A stretch of 40,182 nucleotides of DNA from the IMG/VR virus record IMGVR_UViG_3300043672_000026, positions 1 through 40,182 of that record; one strand, 5' to 3'. Below, piece by piece: positions 1-8,285 of the stretch. The DNA comes from a virus (Duplodnaviria > Caudoviricetes). The first letter of the stretch is position 1; the number at the start of each line of letters is the position of its first letter. A model generated the notes under the pieces. That model had not been told where the DNA came from, made no database searches, and was given only the letters and a program-made list of their open reading frames with translations. A program made the translations under genes and the position numbers.

Positions 1-127
1 ACGAGCGCGATCCAGCACCCCATGCGTTCGGCGAGTCGCACGATGGCGACTTGTTCGCGGTCGACGTCGGGCATGAGTAGTCCGCGGCGGTAGGCGATGC
101 TGACGGCGTGGATGGTGCTGTTGGCGC
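1..127. repeat. Terminal direct repeat copy 1 (127 bp, identical to 40056-40182); circular assembly overlap
   Basis: ACGAGCGCGATCC...GTGCTGTTGGCGC is present at both ends; a gene reads through the junction. Confidence 0.95.
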
Positions 128-263
128 CGAGGAGGCTTGCGGCGCGGTTGAGGTTGGCTTTGACGCCGTAGGGGCTGAGGTGGAGTTGCTTGCCGATTTG
201 GTCGTAGGTGAGTCCGTCGGCGGCGGCGCGTAGGCAGGCGAGCTGGCGTGGGGTGAGGCTCAT
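1..263 (-). CDS. LuxR-family HTH DNA-binding protein, 5' part (ATG at 263; continues across the junction to the stop at 40037)
   Basis: Manual translation MSLTPRQLACLRAAADGLTYDQIGKQLHLSPYGVKANLNRAASLLGANSTIHAVSIAYRRGLL fits the LuxR C-terminal HTH pattern; absent from the ORF track because it spans the junction. Confidence 0.85.
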   Translation of the reverse strand, partial: MSLTPRQLACLRAAADGLTYDQIGKQLHLSPYGVKANLNRAASLLGANSTIHAVSIAYRRGLLMPDVDREQVAIVRLAERMGCWIAL

Positions 264-484
264 CGGGCGACCTCGGCGCCGAGGATGAGCCGGGAGTCGC
301 TGTGCGCCTCGATGTGCGCGTCGGCGGCGTCGTCGGCGGCGCTGACCTTGTAGCCGTTCGACTGGAACGTGGTGGCGCACTTCATGCAGATGAGCATCAG
401 GCCGCCGGGCTTCCATCCGTGGATGGTGATGTCGGCGCGGGTGATCGTCACGCGGCCACCCTCGATCACATCGTCGTCGCTCAC
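260..484 (-). CDS. Hypothetical protein with CxxC...HxxxH (putative zinc finger)
   Basis: ORF with overlapped start and stop; CMKC...HIEAH. Confidence 0.65.
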   Translation of the reverse strand: MSDDDVIEGGRVTITRADITIHGWKPGGLMLICMKCATTFQSNGYKVSAADDAADAHIEAHSDSRLILGAEVAR

Positions 485-663
485 GCGTCCTCCTCCGTCA
501 GCCCGAATCGCGGGTCGGTGAGCGCCCGGTCGACGGTCGCCATACGCCTGCGCACGAGCCGCAGGCGGAAGTCCTCCTCGGTGAAGCCCTCGGCAAGCAG
601 TTCGTCGAGTTCGCGCTGGTAGCGCTGCCTGTCCGCCTGGAATTCCTCGCGCGTCCAGTGCAC
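481..663 (-). CDS. Hypothetical protein
   Basis: 60-aa ORF coupled to its neighbour by a GTGA overlap. Confidence 0.6.
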   Translation of the reverse strand: MHWTREEFQADRQRYQRELDELLAEGFTEEDFRLRLVRRRMATVDRALTDPRFGLTEEDA

Positions 664-664
664 G

Positions 665-1252
665 TCAGATCACCTCGCCGTGGCGTGGGCAGGCCCAGCC
701 GTCGGGGCGGACCGCGGTGCCGTTCTTTTTGCCGTCGCGTCCGATCACGGTCGGGGGCGGGTCGTTGCAGATGCAGCGCCGGTCGGGGTGGGTGAACAGC
801 GAGGCGCGGCGCTCGGCGACGCGTGCAATGCGGGCTTCGGCGATGGGGCAGGGCCGGAGGTGGAACATCGGGTCTAGCCCGTCGTGGCCGCAGTCGCATT
901 CGCCCTCATCGCCGCTGAGAGCGTCCGGGGTGGGCGCGGGTACCCCTGAGGCGTTCTGGACGCTCTCCGGCGAGACAGCGCGGGCGGACGGGGCATCCTC
1001 GGCCTGGCGCCGCTGCATGAAGTCGTCGCACGCCTCGTCGAACTTGGCCCACGTGAGGATGTCGTCCTCGCCGTCGCGGCGCAGGGCTCGCACGAGCCCG
1101 AGGAGCCCGATCGCTTCGAAGTGCCCGTCGGGCGTGCGGCCTTCGAGCGCGTCGACGATGAGCGCGGCGTCGGCCGGGTCGAACATGACGCCGATGTATT
1201 CGTCGCCGCGGTAGAGGTTGCGGGCCTGGTGGTTGCCGGTGTGGTAGGTCAC
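665..1252 (-). CDS. Hypothetical protein, Cys-rich C-terminus
   Basis: GTG at 1252 overlaps the upstream stop; VTYHTGNHQARNLY...CDCGH...CICND...CPRH. Confidence 0.65.
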   Translation of the reverse strand: MTYHTGNHQARNLYRGDEYIGVMFDPADAALIVDALEGRTPDGHFEAIGLLGLVRALRRDGEDDILTWAKFDEACDDFMQRRQAEDAPSARAVSPESVQNASGVPAPTPDALSGDEGECDCGHDGLDPMFHLRPCPIAEARIARVAERRASLFTHPDRRCICNDPPPTVIGRDGKKNGTAVRPDGWACPRHGEVI

Positions 1253-1482
1253 GGCTGCTCCTCGACGTCGATGGTGAAGCGGGACAGCGGCAGTGGGCCG
1301 AGCCAGGCGATGAGCGCGCACAGCCCGTCGGCGTCGGGCGCGTGGCCTTGCCCGAGGCGGCTGAGTGTCGAGGGCGAGAGGCCGGCTTCGTCGGCGACGA
1401 CGCGCCAGCTGATGCGCCGGTGGGCGCGTACGTAGTCGAGCGCCGAGTGCAGCGCGGCGACGTCGAGCCGCTTGCGGATCAC
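1249..1482 (-). CDS. XRE/Cro-type HTH protein
   Basis: ISWRVVADEAGLSPSTLSRLGQGHAPD HTH signature. Confidence 0.8.
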   Translation of the reverse strand: MIRKRLDVAALHSALDYVRAHRRISWRVVADEAGLSPSTLSRLGQGHAPDADGLCALIAWLGPLPLSRFTIDVEEQP

Positions 1483-1685
1483 GCGTTCTCCCGTGGGATC
1501 AGGGCCAGGTCGTAGCCGAGGGCGCCACTGTGCTGGGCGGGCGGATGGGTCTGCTCACGATCACCGACAAGGGCGGTAACGCCGCAGTGGCAGCAATGGC
1601 GGACGTGCCAGCCGGGACGGATGACGCACCGGTGGGGCAACGCGGGGATCTCGGTGTTCGGCCAGTCGGCGCCGCAGGTGCTCAT
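1479..1685 (-). CDS. Hypothetical Cys/His-rich protein
   Basis: ATGA-coupled ORF; C...HRC...H.RHCCHC. Confidence 0.55.
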   Translation of the reverse strand: MSTCGADWPNTEIPALPHRCVIRPGWHVRHCCHCGVTALVGDREQTHPPAQHSGALGYDLALIPRENA

Positions 1686-1936
1686 GCCGGCCATCCGGTG
1701 CCGGTGGGGCGGCGGTCGTCGTCCGGGCCGGGCGTGATGTTCAGCTGGTAGCCCATGTAGTCGAGGACCGGCAGCAGCAGGGGCAGGGTGGGGATGGCGG
1801 CGCCGCGTTCCCAGTCGGATAGGCGGGCGGGGTTCATGCCGGTGGCGTCGCAGATCTGGCGTTGGGTGAGCAGGCTCATGGCGCGCAGGTCGGCGACGAT
1901 GGCGCCGATTTGGCGGGGGTCGTCGAGGCGGATCAC
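1682..1936 (-). CDS. XRE-family HTH protein
   Basis: LRAMSLLTQRQICDATGMNPARLSDWERGAAIPT; GTG start overlaps the upstream stop. Confidence 0.85.
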   Translation of the reverse strand: MIRLDDPRQIGAIVADLRAMSLLTQRQICDATGMNPARLSDWERGAAIPTLPLLLPVLDYMGYQLNITPGPDDDRRPTGTGWPA

Positions 1937-2607
1937 GGTGCCTCCTGGTCGGCTAGGGCTTCGGATCGGCAGAGGGCGCAGTTGTCGGCGGGCTGGCCGC
2001 GGTGGTTCGGGCACTTCGGCCCGGTGCGCCGGCGTTCGGCGTCGGTCTGGATCCAGCGGGTTCGGGCGCGCCGGGCATCACCGCAGGGCCCGCAGTTGTC
2101 GGCGCTTGGGTTTTCGAGGTGTTCGAGGCATCGAGGTTCGGGGGCGCTTGAAGGCTGCGCGCATGCGGCCGTAGGTGGATCTCTAAGGGCGCCCCCTAAG
2201 AACGGGTCGGGTCGGGCCGGGGGTTCAACGATCGGCGAAGCAAGTGCTTCCGTTTTGCTTCCCGTTTTGCTTCGTGACTTTCCGCTGTTCACGCCACCGA
2301 TGCGGCCTGCGTTCGCCCGCTTTTCGCGCATCGATTTCACATCGCTCGCGCTCGGTTGGTACTCGGTCCAATCGTGGAACTGGTAGCCGCCCTTCGCCCT
2401 ACGCCACAGCCCGGCGGCTACCAGCTTGCGAGCCAGATCGTCCGAGCCGGGGAGTAGCCGCGAGAGTGCATGAGTCGGTACGAACCCGTCGGTGAGGTGC
2501 GCACTGGACCATGCTCCGGCGACCACCCACAGCCCGAGCGCAGCCGGCTCGGTCGCGAGGACCTTGGGGTGGGCGTGAAACGAGTCGTCGACCTTGAACC
2601 ACGTCAT
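1933..2607 (-). CDS. Phage replication initiator (RepA/O-like winged-helix N-terminus, Cys-rich C-terminus)
   Basis: MTWFKVDDSFHAHPKV...ALGLWV...TDGFVP...LVAAGLW...GYQFHDWTEYQP is typical of actinophage replication initiators; internal AT-rich repeats. Confidence 0.7.
   Translation of the reverse strand: MTWFKVDDSFHAHPKVLATEPAALGLWVVAGAWSSAHLTDGFVPTHALSRLLPGSDDLARKLVAAGLWRRAKGGYQFHDWTEYQPSASDVKSMREKRANAGRIGGVNSGKSRSKTGSKTEALASPIVEPPARPDPFLGGALRDPPTAACAQPSSAPEPRCLEHLENPSADNCGPCGDARRARTRWIQTDAERRRTGPKCPNHRGQPADNCALCRSEALADQEAP
2237..2274. promoter_or_regulatory. Putative replication origin iterons inside the initiator gene
   Basis: GAAGCA-AG-TGCTTC inverted repeat, then CGTTTTGCTTCC and CGTTTTGCTTCG tandem 12-mers. 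Confidence 0.5.
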
Positions 2608-2680
2608 GAAGTTGTGTGTCCCGTTCCTCGAGTTGGTCGGCCCGGCCGGGCCCGCGGCGGTGAGGTTGTGCAGGCCGGTG

Positions 2681-2887
2681 TCAGGCGGCTCCTCTCTCGG
2701 CGTACTCGAGGTCGAACAGGGCGAGTTGGCCCGCGCCTGGCACCGCGCTGCGGGCCGACCAGACGAGCACGGTTGTGCACTGCCGCGACCGGGTCAGCCC
2801 GAGGCGGCGGGCGCAGGTGCGGCCGATCCGGCGGGCCCGCCACCGCGGGTCGCGCAGCGGCCGGTGGCACTCGCGGCAGACGGTCAT
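2681..2887 (-). CDS. DUF6011-like zinc-ribbon protein
   Basis: CRECHRPLRDPRWRARRIGRTC pattern. Confidence 0.7.
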   Translation of the reverse strand: MTVCRECHRPLRDPRWRARRIGRTCARRLGLTRSRQCTTVLVWSARSAVPGAGQLALFDLEYAERGAA

Positions 2888-2894
2888 GGCTGGG

Positions 2895-3383
2895 TCAGCC
2901 GTAGCTCGGGAAGACGAGCCACTTCGGGCCGTCCTGCGTCGGCGTGATGGCGAGCGCGGTCAAGGCGTCGGCGAGCTTGATATCCCAGCCCTCGTAGCTC
3001 GGCCGGTTGGTCAGCTCGCTGAGGTCGACGGTCATGGCCTCGGCCCACTCCACCGAGCGCTCCGACTCCTTGGCGATCAGCACCCAGCCCGAGTAGTCCG
3101 AGTGCCCGCTGTAGGTCAGCTCGACGCCGACACGCTTCTGCGCGTCCCGCTTGCGAGCGAGGTGGCCCTCGGCTCGCCAGTCGGTCTCGGTGAAGCCGGC
3201 CGAGGCGAACAGACGGTTCTCGACCGCCTCGCCGAAGTCGTCGTATTCGCTGTCGCCGTCCTCGTCGACGGGCAGCCACGGCAGCTTCGGGGAGCCGTAC
3301 TCGCCCCGCTCGGCGGCCTTGAAGTCCTCACCGCTGCCCAGGTCGTAGCCGTAGGCGAGGTGTGCGCTGGCGGACATTCCCAT
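2895..3383 (-). CDS. Hypothetical protein
   Basis: MGMSASAHLAYGYDLG...LVFPSYG; GAAGGAG RBS upstream; GC3-rich codons. Confidence 0.7.
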   Translation of the reverse strand: MGMSASAHLAYGYDLGSGEDFKAAERGEYGSPKLPWLPVDEDGDSEYDDFGEAVENRLFASAGFTETDWRAEGHLARKRDAQKRVGVELTYSGHSDYSGWVLIAKESERSVEWAEAMTVDLSELTNRPSYEGWDIKLADALTALAITPTQDGPKWLVFPSYG

Positions 3384-3385
3384 GG

Positions 3386-3601
3386 TCAATCTCCTTCGGA
3401 TTCGTAGCGGCGTAGATGGGCGGCCTGCTCTGGTGGCGCGTCGGGCAGGGTGTGGCGTGGGTCGCCCGCCTTGCCCATGCAGTGGCAGACGCTGCACGCC
3501 CCGACCCCGTTGACGTCGGGTGGCACGTCCGGGTCGCCGACGAACAGGTGTGGGCGCACGCTGCTCTTCGCGGGCCGGTGCTGGCGGGCGGGCTGGGTCA
3601 C
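3386..3601 (-). CDS. Hypothetical protein (CxxC motif)
   Basis: GTGA overlap; ACSVCHC...PRH. Confidence 0.6.
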   Translation of the reverse strand: MTQPARQHRPAKSSVRPHLFVGDPDVPPDVNGVGACSVCHCMGKAGDPRHTLPDAPPEQAAHLRRYESEGD

Positions 3602-3972
3602 GGCGCGCCGTCCAGCGGCATCCACGTCTCGCATGGGCAGCAGGTGAAGTCACCGGTGCAGCCCTTCGGCCCGTGCCATGCCTTCGCGCAGCCGCAGTCG
3701 GTGCACGGGTCCACGATCGGTCCGAACGGGTCCGCCGGACGTCCCCGCTCGGCGGCCACCTCGCGTTCCAGTTCGACGCCGCAGCGGGGGCAGAGCTGGT
3801 GCTGGCCGCGCCACCAACCGCGCTGGTAGGCGTCGCCGTACTGCTCCTGCCACTGCCGTTCGGCGACGGCGAGGATTTCCTGCAGGGCGGCGACCACCTT
3901 GCCGTCGCGGCTGTGTTCGCGGCCGGCGGCCCGGTCGAGGATGGCGATCATCTCGTCGGTCGGCTCGATCAC
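3598..3972 (-). CDS. Hypothetical protein (EPTxEM module plus zinc motifs)
   Basis: VIEPTDEMIAILDRA...CPRC...CTDCGC...CCPC; GTGA overlap. Confidence 0.65.
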   Translation of the reverse strand: MIEPTDEMIAILDRAAGREHSRDGKVVAALQEILAVAERQWQEQYGDAYQRGWWRGQHQLCPRCGVELEREVAAERGRPADPFGPIVDPCTDCGCAKAWHGPKGCTGDFTCCPCETWMPLDGAP

Positions 3973-4334
3973 CACGACATCCCCCCGGTCGGCAGGAACG
4001 CGTAATGCACGGGCACGTGGTTGCGGCGCTTGCCGCAGCGCACGCCCGGGATACCGGACTCCTCCAGGCAGTACGGCTCCACGGCGTTGTCCCGCTCGAC
4101 GATGGCGAGCACGGCGGTCAGGCCCGCGCTGGTCTCCGACTCCTCCAGGCACACGTCGGTCATCGCGTGGTCGAAGGCGCGGATCATTTCGTGGGTCGGC
4201 TCGATCACGGCAGTGCTCCCCAGCTCGGTGAGCGCGTCGACGTCGTGGTGCGAGGGGATCACGCAGTACGGACGGCCGTCGCACGCCGTGTCGAAGTGGT
4301 GCTGGTCGGCGGGGAGCGGGAGGTCGTCAGGCAC
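3969..4334 (-). CDS. Hypothetical protein (EPTxEM module)
   Basis: VIEPTHEMIRAFDHA...AVLAIVER; overlaps its neighbours. Confidence 0.65.
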   Translation of the reverse strand: MPDDLPLPADQHHFDTACDGRPYCVIPSHHDVDALTELGSTAVIEPTHEMIRAFDHAMTDVCLEESETSAGLTAVLAIVERDNAVEPYCLEESGIPGVRCGKRRNHVPVHYAFLPTGGMSW

Positions 4335-4773
4335 GGCGGCCTCCGTTGCGCTTCTTGGCCGCGCGCCGTGCCGCCCGGTTCGGCTGGTGCTGGTTCAGCG
4401 CCTCGACCATGGCGGCGCGGTCACCGCGCTGGCCCTTGACGTGGATCGGCTCGGCGTCGCACCCGGGTTCCCACCGCGCGCCGACCAGCCGCCACCGGCA
4501 GCCCGGTATGTCGTCAGAGAGCGTGACCGGCTCGCGGCAGCGGCACGCGGCACCGCGCAGCAGCCGCTCGGCCAGAGCCAGCGCGGCGCCGCTCGGTGAG
4601 CGGTGGTCCTCGACCGTGATGCGGGCGCCCCGATACTGCGCGTGGGCGTACCACCCGGCCTCTTCAGCGGGCACGTCGTCGTGAAGGTAGCCGATCTCGA
4701 AGCCGCTGGCACCGCACCGGCCGACGAGGTCCACGCAGGCGATGACGACGTCCTCGTTGGCGTACTCAGACAC
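4327..4773 (-). CDS. Hypothetical protein
   Basis: VSEYANEDVVIACVDLVGRCGASGFEIGY...NRAARRAAKK. Confidence 0.65.
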   Translation of the reverse strand: MSEYANEDVVIACVDLVGRCGASGFEIGYLHDDVPAEEAGWYAHAQYRGARITVEDHRSPSGAALALAERLLRGAACRCREPVTLSDDIPGCRWRLVGARWEPGCDAEPIHVKGQRGDRAAMVEALNQHQPNRAARRAAKKRNGGRRA

Positions 4774-5011
4774 GGTCCACCTGCTCGCGGACCTCGGCGG
4801 ACATGAGCTTGCCGCAGTAGCAGCAGCCCACCCGGGCCAGATCGTCACGGCAGCCCCGCGGGATCGGCCGCCACGGCAGCATGGCGCGCAGGCCCTCGTC
4901 GCGGGTGCGCTTGGAGTCGAGCACCCACGACACCAGGTCGGCCCAGCACTGGCCGGGCAGCCGGTTGAGCAGGAAGGCGATGCACCACTTCAGGCGCTCG
5001 ATCAGTTCCAC
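4766..5011 (-). CDS. Hypothetical protein (CYCGK motif)
   Basis: VELIERLKWCIAFLLNRLPGQCWADLVSW...CCYCGK. Confidence 0.6.
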   Translation of the reverse strand: MELIERLKWCIAFLLNRLPGQCWADLVSWVLDSKRTRDEGLRAMLPWRPIPRGCRDDLARVGCCYCGKLMSAEVREQVDRV

Positions 5012-5385
5012 GTCGAGTCCCCTCGGCGCAGCCACAGACGGTGGGTGTGCCGGTAGTCGTTGGACCAGCCGAAACAGGACAGGCACGACGTGGCCGTGTG
5101 CATGTCGGGTAGGAAGCCGTGCGCCACGCTGGTGCCCGCGAGCGCGCCCAACGCGATACCGCCCTCGAGCAGACGCACGACGCGGACCTCCCGGCTGCGG
5201 GCCGCGAGGACGGCGGCGTCTCGGGCTTCGCGGGCCGCCCGCTTGGCCGCCCGCATCCGGGCCTTGCGCGCGTTCTGGTAGGCGTTGCGGACGTCCCGGC
5301 AGGCGTTGTCGATGGGCTCGGCGCGGCGCCGGTGCCGGGTGTGGGCGGCGAGGGTGCCGCACGGCGCCGGGGTGCGGGCCGTCAC
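5002..5385 (-). CDS. Hypothetical zinc-binding protein (CGT..H..RH..E..C motif common in actinophages)
   Basis: PCGTLAAHTRHRRRAEPIDNACR; GTGA overlap. Confidence 0.65.
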   Translation of the reverse strand: MTARTPAPCGTLAAHTRHRRRAEPIDNACRDVRNAYQNARKARMRAAKRAAREARDAAVLAARSREVRVVRLLEGGIALGALAGTSVAHGFLPDMHTATSCLSCFGWSNDYRHTHRLWLRRGDSTWN

Positions 5386-5645
5386 GGCGCACCTGCTTCG
5401 AGGACGGTGCGGCCCGCGTCGGTCAGCCGCCACGTCCACTGCTCGGCGGGCTCGTCGGTGCCGGGTGGCAGCTCGACCCAGCCGGCGCGCCTCATCTCCC
5501 AGATCGCGTTGGCGACCCGCACGGTCTCCCCGTCGTCGAGGTCGAGCATCGGGACGCAGTCCGGGTTGTCGCAGACCCTGCCGTCGGCGACGTCACGCAG
5601 CAGGCCGAGGCGGTACGGGGTCGGGTAGATGTCGGCGTCAGCCAT
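5382..5645 (-). CDS. Hypothetical protein, possible winged-helix
   Basis: MADADIYPTPYRLGLLRDVADG...WRLTDAGRTVL. Confidence 0.6.
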   Translation of the reverse strand: MADADIYPTPYRLGLLRDVADGRVCDNPDCVPMLDLDDGETVRVANAIWEMRRAGWVELPPGTDEPAEQWTWRLTDAGRTVLEAGAP

Positions 5646-6033
5646 CGGTGCCACCCAGCGCGTCGATGACCTCTGCCAGCGCGGCCTGTTGCTGCTCATC
5701 GCTCATGTGGGCGTGGTTGACGACGGCCGCGTCCGGGCAGGCCGGGTCAATGCAGCGCGGGTTCGCCTCGGCGACTCCGGCGGACACCCACGGCACGGTG
5801 GTGTCCGGCTTCGGCGTGCCCTCGGCGAGGGCGATGCCCGCCTTGGCGAGGGCCAGGGTGGCGTACGTCTGGGCGACCGCGGTCTGCGCGTGCGCGAGCT
5901 GGACGATCTCCGGGTTCGGCACTCCGCCGTGCCGCGCCTTGTGCTCGTTGATCGTGGCGACGCAGGTCGCGAGGTTGCCCTCGGCGTCACGCAACTTGGC
6001 CTCGGCCGCGTGCAGCAGCTCCTGCGGCGTCAT
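5638..6033 (-). CDS. Hypothetical protein
   Basis: ATGA-coupled 131-aa ORF. Confidence 0.65.
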   Translation of the reverse strand: MTPQELLHAAEAKLRDAEGNLATCVATINEHKARHGGVPNPEIVQLAHAQTAVAQTYATLALAKAGIALAEGTPKPDTTVPWVSAGVAEANPRCIDPACPDAAVVNHAHMSDEQQQAALAEVIDALGGTDG

Positions 6034-6590
6034 GCGGCATCGCCCGGCGTGAACGGGTCGGCGGTCGGCTTCGCGGCCCGGCGAGCCTTGATCGCGGCCC
6101 GCTTCTCCTCGGCGATGTTCGCGGCGGCGGCGTCGCTGACGGGTTCCTCGGCTGCCTTGGCCTCGGCGCGCTCGGCCATCACCTCGGCGGCCGACGGCGG
6201 CGGCACCTCGTGCGGACCGTCCGGGCCGAGTCGGGTCTCCGCTTCCTCGCTGAGCTTCGGGTGCCCGTCGCCGTCGAAGTCGAACAGCGCTGGATCGGGC
6301 GCCGGGATGGAGTCCTCCATGCGGCCCAGGCCGCGCGTCTTGCGCGCCTGGTCGAGGATCTGCTTGGCCTGGTCGGCGGCGTCGTCGGTCAGCGGCTCGA
6401 TACCGAGGAACTTCACGGCCGGGACTTCGTGTTCGCCTGGGCCGGGCCGATTGGAGCCGGCGAACTGGACGATGCCGACGACGTAGTGCGTGTCGAACTG
6501 CTTGGCGAGCAGGTCGTCGGCAATCTCTTCAAGGCCGTTGCTCGGGCGTTCGTCCTTGCTGAACGTCCCTCGGATGGTCACGGCGGTCAT
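6030..6590 (-). CDS. Hypothetical protein
   Basis: MTAVTIRGTFSKDERPSNGL...; ATGA overlap and AAGGAG RBS. Confidence 0.7.
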   Translation of the reverse strand: MTAVTIRGTFSKDERPSNGLEEIADDLLAKQFDTHYVVGIVQFAGSNRPGPGEHEVPAVKFLGIEPLTDDAADQAKQILDQARKTRGLGRMEDSIPAPDPALFDFDGDGHPKLSEEAETRLGPDGPHEVPPPSAAEVMAERAEAKAAEEPVSDAAAANIAEEKRAAIKARRAAKPTADPFTPGDAA

Positions 6591-7435
6591 TCGGTGGGTG
6601 CTCCTTGGCGTGCGATGGTGACCGTGACGGGTGTCAACGGCCCGTGTTCGTGGTTGGTGTAGGCGATGCCGTAGCGGGCTCCGCAGGTCTCGCAGAGGTA
6701 GCGCTGGTGGCTGGCGAGGACGTCGCGCTCGCCGACCACGGCGACGAAGTGGTCGATGGCCTCGGTGCGGCCGTCGCGGATGGCCTGCACGCGGTCGGCG
6801 AGGTCGACGCCCCGGTCGCGTTCGCGGTCGATGCAGGCGGCCTGCTCGACGCGGGCGACCAGGGCGCGCAGCTGCTCGATCTCGGCACGCGCTGCGGCCA
6901 GCTCGGCAACGGCGCGCGTTCCAACCGGCGGATCGTCGTCGCACCGGTCGGTGTGGCCGGGTCCGAGCAGGCACCGGTTCGAGGCGTTGCCTGTGTGCTT
7001 GCCGCAGCCGGGCTCGGGGTACGGGTCGGCGGCGGCCAGGACGGCGCGCACTTTCTCGTCGGCGGCCGAGCGCGTCTGCTCGAGCTCCTGCCGCGCGCTG
7101 GCGAGCTCGGCGCGGGCGAGGTCGCGTTCCTGTATCGCCTTGTACGCGTTCGCCGAGCTGGCCTTCAGGCTCTCCCGCAGCGGGCCGAGGTAGCTCAGTG
7201 CCTCGTCGCGTTCCTGCTCGGCCTTGTCCAGCCGCGCCGAAGTCGACAGCGTGTCGGGTTCGGCCGGCTCCGTCGAGTGCCGCTGGTCGTGCTCGTACTC
7301 GGCTCTCGCGCCGGCGGTCTTCTGCGCGTCCTCCTCGTACCGGTCGCACCCGCAGTCGTCGCCCCGGCATCCGCCCCGGCTCATCTTGTGTTGGCTCTGC
7401 ATGTCGCCGCACAGGCAGATCGGCGAGAACGTCAC
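6587..7435 (-). CDS. Coiled-coil protein with Cys/His motifs
   Basis: CLCGD..QH...C...CGC N-terminus, heptad-rich middle, CETC C-terminus. Confidence 0.7.
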   Translation of the reverse strand: MTFSPICLCGDMQSQHKMSRGGCRGDDCGCDRYEEDAQKTAGARAEYEHDQRHSTEPAEPDTLSTSARLDKAEQERDEALSYLGPLRESLKASSANAYKAIQERDLARAELASARQELEQTRSAADEKVRAVLAAADPYPEPGCGKHTGNASNRCLLGPGHTDRCDDDPPVGTRAVAELAAARAEIEQLRALVARVEQAACIDRERDRGVDLADRVQAIRDGRTEAIDHFVAVVGERDVLASHQRYLCETCGARYGIAYTNHEHGPLTPVTVTIARQGAPTE

Positions 7436-7713
7436 GACGTACGCCCCGGGATGACCGGCACCGACGGGCGCAACGGCAGCGGCTCCGGCGGCAGCAGCAC
7501 GTTACGGACGTCCAGCAGCACGTCTCGCGGGTCGCGCGGCGGGTCGGCCAGCGCCGCCGCGATGATGGCGAGCGCCTGGTTGCGCCGGTCGTGCAGGTCG
7601 AACAGCGCGCTGGCACGCATCGCGCGTACCTCGTCCGGGTCGGCCGGCGCGATCGGCACGGCGGTGGGCTCGACCGGGGTGGGCTCGCGGCGCCACCTCC
7701 ACACGGCGCTCAT
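7432..7713 (-). CDS. Hypothetical protein
   Basis: ATGA/GTGA-coupled ORF. Confidence 0.6.
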   Translation of the reverse strand: MSAVWRWRREPTPVEPTAVPIAPADPDEVRAMRASALFDLHDRRNQALAIIAAALADPPRDPRDVLLDVRNVLLPPEPLPLRPSVPVIPGRTS

Positions 7714-8285
7714 GACGCCGCCCGCAGGTCGAGCTCGGGCCACCGCGTCTTGCCGACCGCCTCGCCCTGGCGCGATGTCACCGGCGCCAGCGACTGGCCG
7801 TACGCGTCGAGCGTCATCGCCAGCAGCGAGACGGCGTCCGCCTCGTCGTGCGTGCCGATGTGCAGCAGTTGGCCGTAGCGGGCGATGATCGCGGCGAGGA
7901 CGGCGGGTTTGTCGGCGGCGCCGTTGCCGGTGGCGTACTGCTTGACGTGGGTGAGGTGTACGTCGACGTACGGGATTCGGCGCGACCAGAGCCAGTGCTT
8001 CACCGGCCCGTGCAGCTCGCCGAGCCGGACGGACGTGTCGCCCTTGCCGGCGATCTGCAGCGGCTTCTCGATGACCACCAGGTCCGGCCCGAACTTCACC
8101 GCGGCCTGGACGGCGCAGATGGTCTCGTGCAGCCGCTGGTGGTCGATGACCGTTTCGCTGGGCCGCTTGCGTGGGGTGACGGTGCGGCAGGACAGCCGGG
8201 GCTCGCCTAGCTGGTCGTGGGTGACCGCGATCCCTGTGGCCGTGAGGGAAAGGTCGAGCGCGACGGCGCGCAGCGCGCGGATCAC
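7710..8285 (-). CDS. ruvC: RuvC-like Holliday junction resolvase
   Basis: ALDLSLTATG, LVVIE, VKQYATGNGAADK, HDEADA catalytic motifs. Confidence 0.9.
   Translation of the reverse strand: MIRALRAVALDLSLTATGIAVTHDQLGEPRLSCRTVTPRKRPSETVIDHQRLHETICAVQAAVKFGPDLVVIEKPLQIAGKGDTSVRLGELHGPVKHWLWSRRIPYVDVHLTHVKQYATGNGAADKPAVLAAIIARYGQLLHIGTHDEADAVSLLAMTLDAYGQSLAPVTSRQGEAVGKTRWPELDLRAAS

Noticed and set aside
1-127. Biological direct terminal repeat
   Set aside because: It lies inside a gene, its length equals a typical assembly k-mer, and the HNH-TerS layout points to cos packaging elsewhere
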